Shown here one piece after another: positions 21,570 through 35,000 of a DNA stretch of 64,000 bases (position 1 is the stretch's first letter; every line of letters begins with the position of its first letter). The notes beneath the pieces were generated by a model that saw nothing but the letters and a program-made list of their open reading frames with translations, was not told where the DNA came from and searched no databases. Source of the stretch: Eledone cirrhosa (lineage: Eukaryota); contig OZ024744.1 in assembly GCA_964016885.1 (NCBI GenBank), positions 92,690,001 through 92,754,000 of the forward strand, read 5' to 3'. A program made the position numbers and the translations under genes.

Positions 21570-24500
21570 TTACTTGTCTGTTATATATTACCCAATATAT
21601 TACCTGTCTGTTATATTACCTGTTTGTCATATTACCTGTTTGTTATATTACCTGTGTGTTATATTACCTGTTTGTTATATTACCTGTCTGTTATATTACC
21701 CAATATATTACCTGTTTGTTACATTACCTGTTTGTTATATTACCTGTCTGTTATATTACCTGTTTGTTATATTACCTGTTTGTTATATTACCTGTCTGTT
21801 ATATTACCTGTTTGTTATATTACCTGTTTGTTATATTACCTGTTTGTTATGTTACCTGTTTGTTATATTACCTGTCTGTTATATTACCTGTCTGTTATAT
21901 TACCTGTTTGTCATATTACCTGTTTGTTATATTACCTGTTTGTCATATTACCTGTGTGTTATATTACCTGTTTGTTATATTACCTGTCTGTTATATTACC
22001 TGTTTGTTATATTACCTGTGTGTTATATTACCTGTCTGTTATATTACCTGTTTGTTATATTAGCTGTTTGTTATATTACCTGTTTGTTATATTACCTGTT
22101 TGTTATATTACCTGTTTGTTATATTAGCTGTTTGTTATATTACCTGTTTGTTATATTACCTGTTTGTTATATTACCTGTGTGTTATATGACCTGTTTGTT
22201 ATATTACCTGTTTCTTATATTACCTGTTTGTTATATTACCTGTGTGTTATATTACCTGTTTGTTATATTACCTGTTTGTTATATTACCTGTTTGTTATAT
22301 TACCTGTTTGTTATATTACCTGTCTGTTATATTACCTGTTTGTTATATTACCTGTTTGTTATATTACCTGTTTGTTATATTAGCTGTTTGTTATATTACC
22401 TGTTTGTTATATTACCTGTTTGTTATATTACCTGTTTGTTATATTACCTGTTTGTTATATTACCTGTGTGTTATATTACCTGTTTGTTATATTACCTGTT
22501 TGTTATATTACCTGTTTGTTATCATACCTGTCTGTTATATTACCTGTTTGTTATATTACCTGTTTGTTATATTACCTGTTTGTTATATTAGCTGTTTGTT
22601 ATATTACCTGTTTGTTATATTACCTGTTTGTTATATTACCTGTTTGTTATATTACCTGTTTGTTATATTACCTGTTTGTTATATTACCTGTGTGTTATAT
22701 TACCTGTTTGTTATATTACCTGTTTGTTATATTACCTGTTTGTTATATTACCTGTTTGTTATATTACCTGTTTGTTATATTACCTGTTTGTTATATTACC
22801 TGTTTGTTATATTACCTGTTTGTTATATTACCTGTCTGTTATATTACCTGTTTGTTATATTACCTGTTTGTTATATTACCTGTGTGTTATATTACCTGTT
22901 TGTTATATTACCCAATATATTACCTGTTTGTTATATTACCTGTTTGTCATATTACCTGTTTGTTATATTACCTATTTGTTATATTACCCAATATATTACC
23001 TGTTTGTTATATTACCTGTTTGTTATATTACCTGTTTGTTATATTACCCAATATATTACCCAATATATTACCTGTGTGTTATATTACCTGTTTGTTATAT
23101 TACCTGTTTGTTATATTACCTGTTTGTTATATTACCTGTTTGTTATATTACCTGTTTGTTATATTACCTGTTTGTTATATTACCTGTTTGTTATATTACC
23201 TGTTTGTTATATTACCTGTTTGTTATATTACCTGTTTGTTATATTACCTGTTTGTTATATTACCTGTGTGTTATATTACCTGTGTGTTATATTACCTGTT
23301 TGTTATATTACCTGTGTGTTATATTATCTGTTTGTTATATTACCTGTTTGTTATATTACCTGTTTGTTATATTACCTGTGTGTTATATTACCTGTTTGTT
23401 ATATTACCTGTGTGTTATATTACCTGTTTGTTATATTACCTGTTTGTTATATTACCTGTTTGTTATATTACCTGTGTGTTATATTACCTGTTTGTTATAT
23501 TACCCAATATATTACCTGTTTGTTATATTACCTGTCTGTTATATTACCTGTTTGTTATATTACCTGTTTGTTATATTACCTGTTTGTTATATTACCTGTT
23601 TGTTATATTACCTGTGTGTTATATTACCTGTTTGTTATATTACCTGTGTGTTATATTACCTGTTTGTTATATTACCTGTGTGTTATATTACCTGTTTGTT
23701 ATATTACCTGTGTGTTATATTACCTGTTTGTTATATTACCTGTTTGTTATATTACCTGTGTGTTATATTACCTGTTTGTTATATTACCCAATATATTACC
23801 TGTTTGTTATATTACCTGTCTGTTATATTACCTGTTTGTTATATTACCTGTTTGTTATATTACCTGTTTGTTATATTACCTGTTTTGTTATATTACCTGT
23901 TTGTTATATTACCTGTCTGTTATATTACCTGTTTGTTATATTACCTGTTTGTTATATTACCTGTTTGTTATATTACCTGTTTGTTATATTACCTGTTTGT
24001 TATATTACCTGTTTGTTATATTACCTGTCTGTTATATTACCTGTTTGTTATATTACCTGTTTGTTATATTACCTGTCTGTTATATTACCTGTTTGTTATA
24101 TTACCTGTTTGTTATATTACCTGTTTGTTATATTACCTGTCTGTTATATTACCCAATATATTACCTGTCTGTTATATTACCTGTTTGTTATATTACCTGT
24201 TTGTTATATTACCTGTTTGTTATATTACCTGTTTGTTATATTACCTGTCTGTTATATTACCCAATATATTACCTGTTTGTTATATTACCTGTTTGTTATA
24301 TTACCTGTCTGTTATATTACCTGTTTGTTATATTACCTGTCTGTTATATTACCCAATATATTACCTGTTTGTTATATTACCTGTTTGTTATATTACCTGT
24401 TTGTTATATTAGCTGTTTGTTATATTACCTGTTTGTTATATTACCTGTCTGTTATATTACCTGTTTGTTATATTACCTGTCTGTTATATTACCTGTCTGT

Positions 24501-26391
24501 TATATTACCCAATATATTACCTGTTTGTTATATTACCTGTTTGTTATATTACCTGTTTGTTATATTACCTGTTTGTTATATTAGCTGTTTGTTATATTAC
24601 CTGTTTGTTATATTACCGGTCTGTTATATTACCTGTCTGTTATATTACCTGTTTGTTATATTACCTGTCTGTTATATTACCTGTTTGTTATATTACCGGT
24701 CTGTTATATTACATGTTTGTTATATTACCGGTCTGTTATATTACCGGTCTGTTATATTACATGTTTGTTATATTACCGGTCTGTTATATTACCGGTCTGT
24801 TATATTACATGTTTGTTATATTACCGGTCTGTTATATTACCGGTCTGTTATATTACATGTTTGTTATATTACCGGTCTGTTATATTACATGTTTGTTATA
24901 TTACCTGTTTGTTATATTACCGGTCTGTTATATTACATGTTTGTTATATTACCGGTCTGTTATATTACCGGTCTGTTATATTACATGTTTGTTATATTAC
25001 CGGTCTGTTATATTACATGTTTGTTATATTACCGGTCTGTTATATTACCGGTCTGTTATATTACATGTTTGTTATATTACCGGTCTGTTATATTACATGG
25101 TTGTTATATTACCGGTCTGTTATATTACATGTTTGTTATATTACCGGTCTGTTATATTACATGTTTGTTATATTATCGGTCTGTTATATTACCGGTCTGT
25201 TATATTACCTGTTTGTTATATTACCGGTCTGTTATATTACATGTTTGTTATATTACCGGTCTGTTATATTACATGTTTGTTATATTACCGGTCTGTTATA
25301 TTACATGTTTGTTATATTACCGGTCTGTTATATTACCTGTCTGTTATATTACCTGTTTGTTATATTACCGGTCTGTTATATTACATATTTGTTATATTAC
25401 CGGTCTGTTATATTACATGTTTGTTATATTACCGGTCTGTTATATTACCTGTCTGTTATATTACCTGTTTGTTATATTACCGGTCTGTTATATTACATGT
25501 TTGTTATATTACCGGTCTGTTATATTACATGTTTGTTATATTACCGGTCTGTTATATTACATGTTTGTTATATTACCTGTTTGTTATATTACCTGTTTTT
25601 TATATTACCCAATATATTACCTGTTTGTTATATTACCTGTTTGTTATATTAACTGTTTGTTCTATTACCTGTTTGTTATATTAACTGTTTGTTCTATTAC
25701 CTGTTTCTTATATTACCTGTCTGTTATATTACCTGTTTGTTATATTAGCTGTTTGTTATATTACCTGTTTGTTATATTACCAGTTTGTTATATTACCTGT
25801 TTGTTATATTACCTGTTTGTTATATTACCTGTTTGTTATATTACCTGTTTGTTATATTACCTGTTTGTTATATTACCTGTTTGTTATATTACCTGTTTGT
25901 TATATTACCTGTTTGTTATATTACCTGTTTGTTATATTACCTGTTTGTTATATTACCTGTTTGTTATATTACCTGTTTGTTATATTACCAGTTTGTTATA
26001 TTACCTGTTTGTTATATTACCTGTTTGTTATATTACCTGTTTGTTATATTACCTGTTTGTTATATTACCTGTTTGTTATATTACCTGTTTGTTATATTAC
26101 CTGTTTGTTATATTACCTGTTTGTTATATTACCTGTTTGTTATATTACCTGTTTGTTATATTACCTGTTTGTTATATTACCTGTTTGTTATAATAGCTGT
26201 TTGTTATATTACCTGTTTGTTATATTACCTGTTTGTTATATTACCTGTTTGTTATATTACCTGTTTGTTATATTACCTGTTTGTTATATTACCTGTTTGT
26301 TATATTAGCTGTTTGTTATATTAGCTGTTTGTTATATTACCTGTTTGTTATATTACCTGTTTGTTATATTACCTGTTTGTTATATTACCTG
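21570..26391. repeat. Homogeneous 16-bp satellite (TTACCTGTTTGTTATA)n, about 300 units
   Basis: Direct periodicity; recurrent 11-bp variant TTACCCAATATA-type; variant subdomain at about 24615-25565. Confidence 0.98.
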
Positions 26392-26917
26392 CTCTCTCAC
26401 TCTATCTGAGATAGAGGAAGTTGTGTACCATGTGAGCTAGTAGGTTTTTTGTCTTTTTTACATATAAAAAAACAAAAGTTATTGTTTTAAAAAATATACT
26501 ACTGTATAGATTGACCTTCTGACTAAATTGTCAATGGGTGGGTCATTGAAATTTTCGCCCCCAAGAGCGAAAATTTAATTTTCATAAAAATTTATAACAA
26601 ATTTATATGAATGATAAAATTGAAGCGCTTCCCACCATAAGTGGAAATGGGAGCGTTGAAATGAATGTCACTATGGCAACAGGTAGTAGTGACCAAGAAA
26701 TATCACACAAAAACAAAAGTATGGAAACACATACGGCACAAAAAATATTGAACAAGAAAAAAACACAACTTCACAAATGAACTCCACAACCACAAATCAA
26801 ACAATTGAGAACAACAAAAGCAACAACAACAACAACAACAACAGCAACCATAAAAAATCTTTTGCGACAATAAGCAAATGAACTTTTACAAATATTGATA
26901 TTTCCAATGCGAAGGAA

Positions 26918-28003
26918 ATGATCAATGAAGGAAAAAAATATATTACCTTCGAGGAAAAAGGGGGATTTAAAATAACCTCTCTGCCACAAATCAAAGCCGA
27001 CACTATGCGAAGGACTGCAATTTTTCGCGCGATTTTGAACAAACAAAAAAAAACGGCTTTCCTTACTCAAGGCGAAATTGAAATAGTCTTGAAAGAGGCA
27101 ATGGCGGAAATACAATACATACAAAGGGCTAAACTATATTGAAGCATTTCGGTGCTCTTCAAAAGTGAGGCCCTTTCCAAAAAATACTCAGTGACCCCAG
27201 TCACCTCTGCCACACACACCTTTTTCCATACATACATGAGAAAAAGAACACAAAGAATAAACATCACCAATATACCACCCAACATTAACATCTGGTGAAT
27301 TCTGGCAGGGTTCTTGGAGGAAGATGAAGACACAAAACTGTCGATTCAAAAATCCACAAGAAACACCTGGAACGGCACAAGCTTGGAAATTTTGGTCCAA
27401 ATGAAACCGGACAGAATTTCCAAGATACCAGAAAGGGTGCCAGTAGACGATACCAATTACATCCACATTTCAGCAGATGGATGGAGGCCACATTGTTTTA
27501 AATGCACGAGCACATCGCATTTAAAGGCCTCCTGTCCCCTCTTACGAACAAACACCACCACCCTCCAAAAAGTACTTTTACCAACACCAACACCACAACA
27601 ACAACACACAAAACAAGCAAACACACAAAAACAAACAACTGTTCTACCACAAACTACAGTAAAAACACAAACAATTCCCCTGAAAAACACAGTGCCACCC
27701 CATCCCACTCCACCCAACACTACCACAATCACACACCATGACCACACAACATACCCCTCACACACGCCCCTGATGACGATTCATCACCAGACGAGGCTAC
27801 TTTTCCATCCCCAAATGAAGATGGAGAGCCTCGTAAATAAAAAAAAAAAAGAGACACCTCAAAGCCACAAAAACAACAATCACCAACACAAACACACAAC
27901 CACCAACACAAATAACAATACAAACACCACCACAATCACACCCCCCCCCCTCTACAAGCAAAACAAACACCTACACCACCCCAAACACAAATGCCCACCA
28001 TAA
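26918..28003 (+). pseudogene. Tx1-like ORF1 (gag-like), disrupted
   Basis: GWRPHCFKCTSTSHLKASC (CX2CX4HX4C, 27494-27535), followed by a low-complexity T/P/Q/N tail; in-frame stops upstream. Confidence 0.75.
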
Positions 28004-28398
28004 AAAGAAAACTACAAAATGAACAACAAACCAAAACAACACAACAAAAAAACAAACAACAATACACATACATTAACACAAACAACAAAAACCTATTGGA
28101 GGTCATCTCTCAAGACCCCCGAAGTAGAAACTGAGGGGAAACTTTTGTAAAAGCAGACTCTCAACCACACCTAAAACTAATAAGGGTTTCGATAGAGACC
28201 TATCAGACATTGAAAGAAAAGTTTTCACAGCACGTTGGCAACCCCTGCCAAAAACCAATAAACCGTGTCCTGTTGAAATATTTCCCCACCCCACTCAACA
28301 CCTCCATCAGATGAAGTGGAGATTGAACAAACCGATCTCCAGGAAACGGAAAGGTAAGTGCATCTTTTCGTCCTTTTTGCCAACCCTTATCCACCAAC

Positions 28399-31300
28399 AT
28401 GGCTGACTTACGAGTTGGAAGCATGAATGGACATGGCCTAGGGATGCCCTGGAAACAGGGCCAACTTTTAAATGACCTTAGGTCACATGGTATGGATGTA
28501 ATAGCCATCATCAAGTCCAGGATCCACAACAGGCAGCAACTAACCCCCATTGAGATCTACGCATCTCCCTGTCATCCGGGAGGTGGAAGGGGAGTGACTG
28601 TCATGTTTCGGAAAAACCAGGATCTCGAAGTACAGCAAGTAGACTTGGACCCGGAGGGTAGACTGGTAGTCCTAGACGTGAACAGTATTGGAGGTGGAGC
28701 CTTCAGACTGGTGGCCGTTTATGCCGCGACCGGGCAATCACAATCGCGGCCAGACTTCTTTAAACGTCTGGAGACTTTTCTGGGAACATCTCGCTCCTTG
28801 CTTTTAGTGGGGGACTGGAATGGTATCCTAGATGCACGGTGGGACTATGTGGGAGCATGTCCCAGTAGGGCGGGGTGCAACAGCCTCAAAAACTCATCAG
28901 CCAATTTCAACAGGCCGATAGATATCGACTAGATTTCCTGACTGCACCACAGTGGACGTGGGCAAACTGCGGGACATCTAGATCGTATCTAGATAGGGTT
29001 TTCATTAGAGAAGAGGACAAGAAGATGTTAAGCTGTCCACAAATGCACAGGGTTGCCTATTCAGATCACAAACTAGTTGTCTGTATAGTGAACCGTGATA
29101 GAATACATAGACAAAGACCCGGATACTGGAAGCTGAACGTGTCGTTGCCGGCGCAAAAAGCCTACAGTGAACGGATAAGTAGATTAGTTAAGCAAGAGTT
29201 GACGGGAGCCATCGTCAACAATAAATGGTGGTACCCTCTCAGAGACCCATTAGCGTAGAATCAATAGGGTTTAGCAGATAATTAGCTTTAGAGAAAAACA
29301 AATCAGAAACAGAACTAGTAGCCAAAGTAGAAGAGGCGCTTAGGCAGCTAGAGTGCTAGCATCGAGAATAGCATTGGACCAGTTCTTCGACGCAAAACAC
29401 GAAGGCTGCGTGGTCAGAAGTAAATCAGGTGCTCTAGTAAACGAGGGAGCAAAAGCTGTTAGCTGGGCCAAAGTGCCGTAAGCGAAAAGTGGCAACAAGT
29501 CCACGATTCAGTCTTTGAAAGACCAAAACAGATGCATGCTACTTGACCCCAGGCAGATGTGTGCAGCCTTTCAGCGGCACTTTGCGCGACTGTTTAAGCA
29601 GAATGACGGTGAGCCAAATGGGACAATGGACTTTGGTTCATACCTCAACAGCCTGCCGCGTCTCTCAAGCATGAACGCCGAGTTCTGTGAAAGACCGATC
29701 ACAGCCACTGAGATACAGGACGCTCTGGGCCGCTGCGGGAAATACAAATCACCTGGTCTAGATGGTCTACCTTATGAGTTTTACATAGGCATGCCGGACT
29801 TGTTCTCTGGCGTCCTCGAAGCCGTCTACTGCAATTGGAAGCAGAACGGGAGAATTCCCAGTTCTGCAGGCAAGGGCGTAGTAACGCTGATCAGGAAAGA
29901 CGAGAACAAGGGGGAGGAAATAAACAATTTCAGGCCCATAACTCTGCCCAACACAGAGTTAAAGATTTTGGCCAAGGTGGTAACAACGAGGCTGGCGCTT
30001 GTCTTCGAAAACCTGGTAGGGAAAGCGCAAACGTGTGCAATCCTGACCAGGTCCATACACGACAACCTCCACCTCATGCGATATATCATAGAGAGGGTGG
30101 GGTGTAAACCCGGCATCAGTGGGGCTCTGATCAATTTAGATCAGTCTAAGGCATTCGATAGCGTCGACCATCGATACTTGGAAGCGGTTCTCAAGGCGGC
30201 CGGTTTCTGTCCCGTTTTCAGAGGCTGGATCAAGGCGATGCACACCAGCATCTGCTCGAGGGTCAAGGTGAACGGCTACCTATCGGAGCCATTTGCAATC
30301 ACGCATGCCATTCAACAGGGATGCCCTCTCTCCTCCATTCTGTACGTATTAACTCTAGAGCCACTACTGCAGAAGTTGGAGCTTTTGCAGGGCATCCCTT
30401 TAGAACCAGGACTGCGAAAAGCGGCGTTGGCTTATGCCGACGACGTGACGGTAATGGTGTCGAAAACCTCAGAAATCGAAGTAATCGGCAACCTACTACA
30501 GGAATACGAAAGGTTCACAGGAGCAAAACTGAACCCGGACAAGTCTGTCGGTTTGCAACTCGGAATGTGGAGAGGCAAACCGATGCCATCCGACAGCGTC
30601 ATCGGACGCTGGACAGAAGGACCGGTGAAATTGCTGGAGGTCTGGTTCGGTCCAAACTTCCAGGTGGAGAAAATCTGGAACGAGGTCATGACCAAGGTAT
30701 TTGCACTCACCCAGAAGTGCAAACTGTCTTTGAAAGGTCAAGCGGAGGTGGCGAACACTTTCATAACGTCCGTCATCTACTACCGCTTGACTGTCATGCC
30801 TTGTCCCCGTGAATATCTCACCAAGATGGAACGCATGCTCTTCCAGTTCCTGTGGAAGAAGCTGGCTCCACTGGTGAGGACATCCATCTGCTGTCAACAC
30901 CCTTCTAACGGAGGGCTGGGCATGCCATGGCTAATGATGCGCAAACATGCGCTGAGGCTACGGCATCTCCAGGTATTCCTCATTGAACAACCGGTGTGGG
31001 CACAGTTTGTGAGACAGGCCTTCCCACAACTTGTCTCGCTGACGGAGCTGCAGTCCTGGGTCAAGCGAAGACCGAAGAAGATAGGCGCCTGGCACATTGA
31101 GCGCGCTCAGGCGCTCACAGTCCTCTTGCAAGCGGACACAGCAATCAGTGGAGACTCCACTTCGACATTTTATAGAGAGATTGTACGTTACAAGGGCAAC
31201 GACGTGCTCGGAGAGACTCTGGGCGTCGAAGACGATGAACTCACCAGTCAATTTGGTAGGACTTTCCGCCCGAGACCTACGGACAACTTCCAGACATGCC

Positions 31301-31801
31301 TGGCCTGGCAGTGCTACCGAGGAGCTCTACCGGTTCGTGACAAGATCTACAGGCACGGACGCCCCGGCAAGGATCCTTCCAAGAGGACGTCTCCAAGATG
31401 CATGCAGGTCATTGAAACAGTCTTGCATGCAATTGTACACTGCCCGGGAGTAACCGACCTGTGGAACTATGCAGAACAGCTGCTGTCGCGTATGGGACAA
31501 ATCCAGTTGACTGCCGAGTCGATAGTAAGGATCAAACTGCCAGCCTCTTTCAAAAACGAAAGAGAGGCGGTTTTCCTCTGTACAGTGGCTATGGTGACAG
31601 AAGTTATATGGTGGACGAGATTGAGAGGACTGAGGACAGATGCCTTTTTCTCCGGACAGCAATTGATTCCCTTCTTTAAGTATCACTTTAGAAGAAGAAT
31701 CAGAGTGGAGAGAGAGGCACTGCAGTAAGTTTACTGAAAGGTGGGTGAATGAAGCAAAAATGGCCCGAGTGATTGGGCCTTCTCTGTTTATAAACCTGTA
31801 G
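28399..31801 (+). pseudogene. Tx1-like ORF2 (APE endonuclease + reverse transcriptase), frameshifted
   Basis: LRVGSMNGHGL, VAVYA, VGDWN, SYLDRVF, SDHKLV, PGYWKLN; KSPGLDGLPYEFY, NFRPITLPNTELKILAKV, LDQSKAFDSVDH, QGCPLS, AYADDV, GGLG; RC..IETVLHAIVHC. Pieces: 28399-28932, 28875-29258, 29515-31728, and a final shifted segment to TAG at 31799-31801. Confidence 0.95.
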
Positions 31802-32044
31802 GTTAAAGAAGAGAGCAAAAGGAAGAAAGGATCACCTGCACAACACGTTCCTGAAGTTGAGGGTTGTTCTATCGACGGGGTATTGATCAACCCATGTGTG
31901 CCTTCTGCCTCCTATTGGGGATTTCGATTGTTATAATTGTTTGTTTTATTTTTTTTTTTCACGACTGTATGTAAAATCCCTGGCATGTGTCTTTCTATTT
32001 TCCCCTTTTCTTGTACGCCCTTGTGGCAAATAAACAAATATAAT

Positions 32045-35000
32045 TGTTTGTTATAATACCTGTGTGTTATATTACCTGTTTGTTATTACCTGTTTGTTAT
32101 ATTACCTGTTTGTTATATTACCTGTTTGTTGTATTAAATGTTTGTTAAATTACCAGTCTGTTATATTACCTGTTTATTATATTTCCTGTTTGTTATATTA
32201 CCTGTGTGTTATTACCTGTTTGTTATTACCTGTTTGTTATATTACCTGTTTGTTATATTACCTGTTTGTTATATTACCAGTTTGTTATTACCTGTTTGTT
32301 ATTACCTGTTTGTTATATTACCTGTTTGTTATATTACCCATTTGTTATATTACCTGTTTGTTATTACCTGTTTGTTATATTACCTGTTTGTTATATTATT
32401 ACCTGTTTGTTATACTACCTGTTTGTTATACTACCTGTTTGTTAAATTACCTTTTTGTCATATTACCTATTTGTTATTACCTGTTTGTTATATTACGTGT
32501 TTTTTATTACCTGTTTGTTATTACCTGTTTGTTATATTACCTGTTTGTTATATTACCTGTTTGTTATATTACATGTTTGTTATATTAACTGTTTGTTATG
32601 TTTCCTGTTTGTTATATTGCCTGTTTCTTATATTACATGCTTGTCATTACATATTTGTTATTACCTGTTTGTTGTTACCTGTTTGTTATTACCTGCTTGT
32701 TATATTACCTGTTTATTATGTTACCTGTTTGTTATTACCTGTGTGTTATTGCCTGTTTGTTATATTACCTGTTTGTTATTACATGTTTATTCTATTCTCT
32801 GTTTGTTATATTACCTGTTTGTTATGTTACCTGATTGTTATATTACATGTTTGTTATTACCTGTTTGTTATATTACCTGTTTGTTATATTACCTGTTTGT
32901 TATTACCTGTTTGTTATATTAGCTATTTGTTATATTACCTGTTTGTTATTACCTGTTTGTTTTTACATGTTTGTTATTACCTATTTGTTATTACCTGTTT
33001 GTTATATTACCTGTTCCTTATATTACCTTTTTTTTTTATTTAACTGTTTGTTATATTTCCTGTTTGTTATTACCTGTTTGTAATATTACCTCTTTGTTAA
33101 TACCAGTTTGTTATATTACCTCTTTGTTATATTAACTGTTTGTTATTGCATGTTTGTTATATTACCTGTTTGTTATAGTATATGTTTGTTATATTACCTG
33201 TATGTTATTACCTGTTTGTTAAATTAACTGTTTGTTATATTACCTTTTTTTTTATTACATGTTTGTTATTACCTGTTTGTTATATTACCTGTTTGTTATA
33301 TTACCTGTTTGTTATATTACCTGTTTGTTATGTTTCCTGTTTGTTATATTACATGTTTCTTATATTATATGTTTGCTATTACATATTTGTTATTACCAGT
33401 TTGTTTTTACCTGTTTGCTATTACCTGCTTGTTATATTACCTGTTTACCATATTACCTGTTTGTTATTACCAGTTTGTTATTACCAGTTTGTTATATTAC
33501 CGGTTTGTTATACTACCTGTTTCTTATTCCCTGTTTATTATTACCTGTTTGTTATATTACCTGTTTCTTATTCCCTGTTTATTATTACCTGTTTGTTATT
33601 ACCTGTTTGTTATATTACCTGTTTGTTATATTACATGTTGGTTATAATACCTGTTTATTATTACCTGTTTGTTATATTAACTGTTTGTTATATTACCTGT
33701 TTCTTATATTATATGTGTGTTATTACATATTTGTTATTACCTGTTTGTTTTCACCTGTTTGTTATTACCTGCTTGTTATTACCTATTTGTTATTGTCTGT
33801 TTGTTATATTACCAGTTTGTTATAATTCTTGTTTGTTACATTTCCTGTTTAACATATTACCTGTATGTTATTACCTGTTTGTTATATTACCTGTTTGTTA
33901 TATTACCTGTTTATTATATTAGCGGATTGTTATGTTTCCTGTTTGTTATATTACCAGTTTGCTATTATTTCTTTGTTCTATTAACTGTTTGTGAATACCA
34001 GTTTGTTATATTACTTGTTTCTTATATGACCTGTTTGTCATATTACCTGTTTGTTATTACCTGTTTGTTATTAGCTGTTTGTTACATTACCTGTTTCTTA
34101 TATTACCTGTTTGTCATATTACCTGTTTCTTATTACCTGTTTCTTATATTACCTGCTTGTCATATTACCTGTTTGTTATTACCTATTTGTTATATTATTT
34201 GTTTGTAATACATGTTTCTTATATTCCTCATTTGTTATATGACCTGTTTCTTATATTAACCGTTTGTTATATTACCTGTTTGTTATTAACTGTTTGTTAT
34301 ATTACCTGTTTGTTATATTACCTGTTTGGTATTACCTGTTTTTTTTAATATATATTTGATATTACCTCTATGTTATTACCTGTTTGACATATAACCTGTT
34401 TGTTATATTACCTGTCTTTTATATTACCAGTTTGTTATTATCTGTTTGTTATATTGCCTTTGTGTTATTACCTGTTTGTTATATTACCTGTTTGTTATAT
34501 TACCTGTTTGTTATATTACCCGTTTATTATATTAACTCTTTGTTATTACCTGTTTCTTATTACCTGTTTGTTATATTACCTGTTTACTATATTACCTGTT
34601 TGTTATTACCTGTTTGTTATTGCCTGTTTCTTATATTACCTGTTTGTTATATTAGCAGTTTGTTATTACCAGTTTGTTATATGACCTGTTTGTTTTATTA
34701 CCTGTTTGTTATATTATGTGTTTGTTATATTACTTGTTTGTTATATTACCTGTTTGTTATTACCTGCTTATTCTATTAGCTGTTTGTTATATTACCTGTT
34801 TGCTATATTACCTGTTTGTTCTATTACCTGTTTGTTATTACCTGTATGTTATATTACATGTTTGTTAGTACCAGTTTTTTATATTACTCATTTGTTATGT
34901 TACCTGTTTGTCATATTAACTGTTTGTTATATTACCTGTTTGTTTTATTACCTGTTTATAATTACTTGTTTGTTTTTACATGTTTCTTATTACCTGTTTG

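Larger units (their letters stand above)
26392..32040 (+). mobile_element. Apparently full-length L1/Tx1-clade LINE inserted in the satellite
   Basis: Sharp satellite boundaries, 5' UTR, ORF1 with a CCHC knuckle, ORF2 with APE, RT and a C-terminal Zn motif, and a T-rich 3' UTR ending CCTTGTGGCAAATAAACAAA. Confidence 0.93.
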
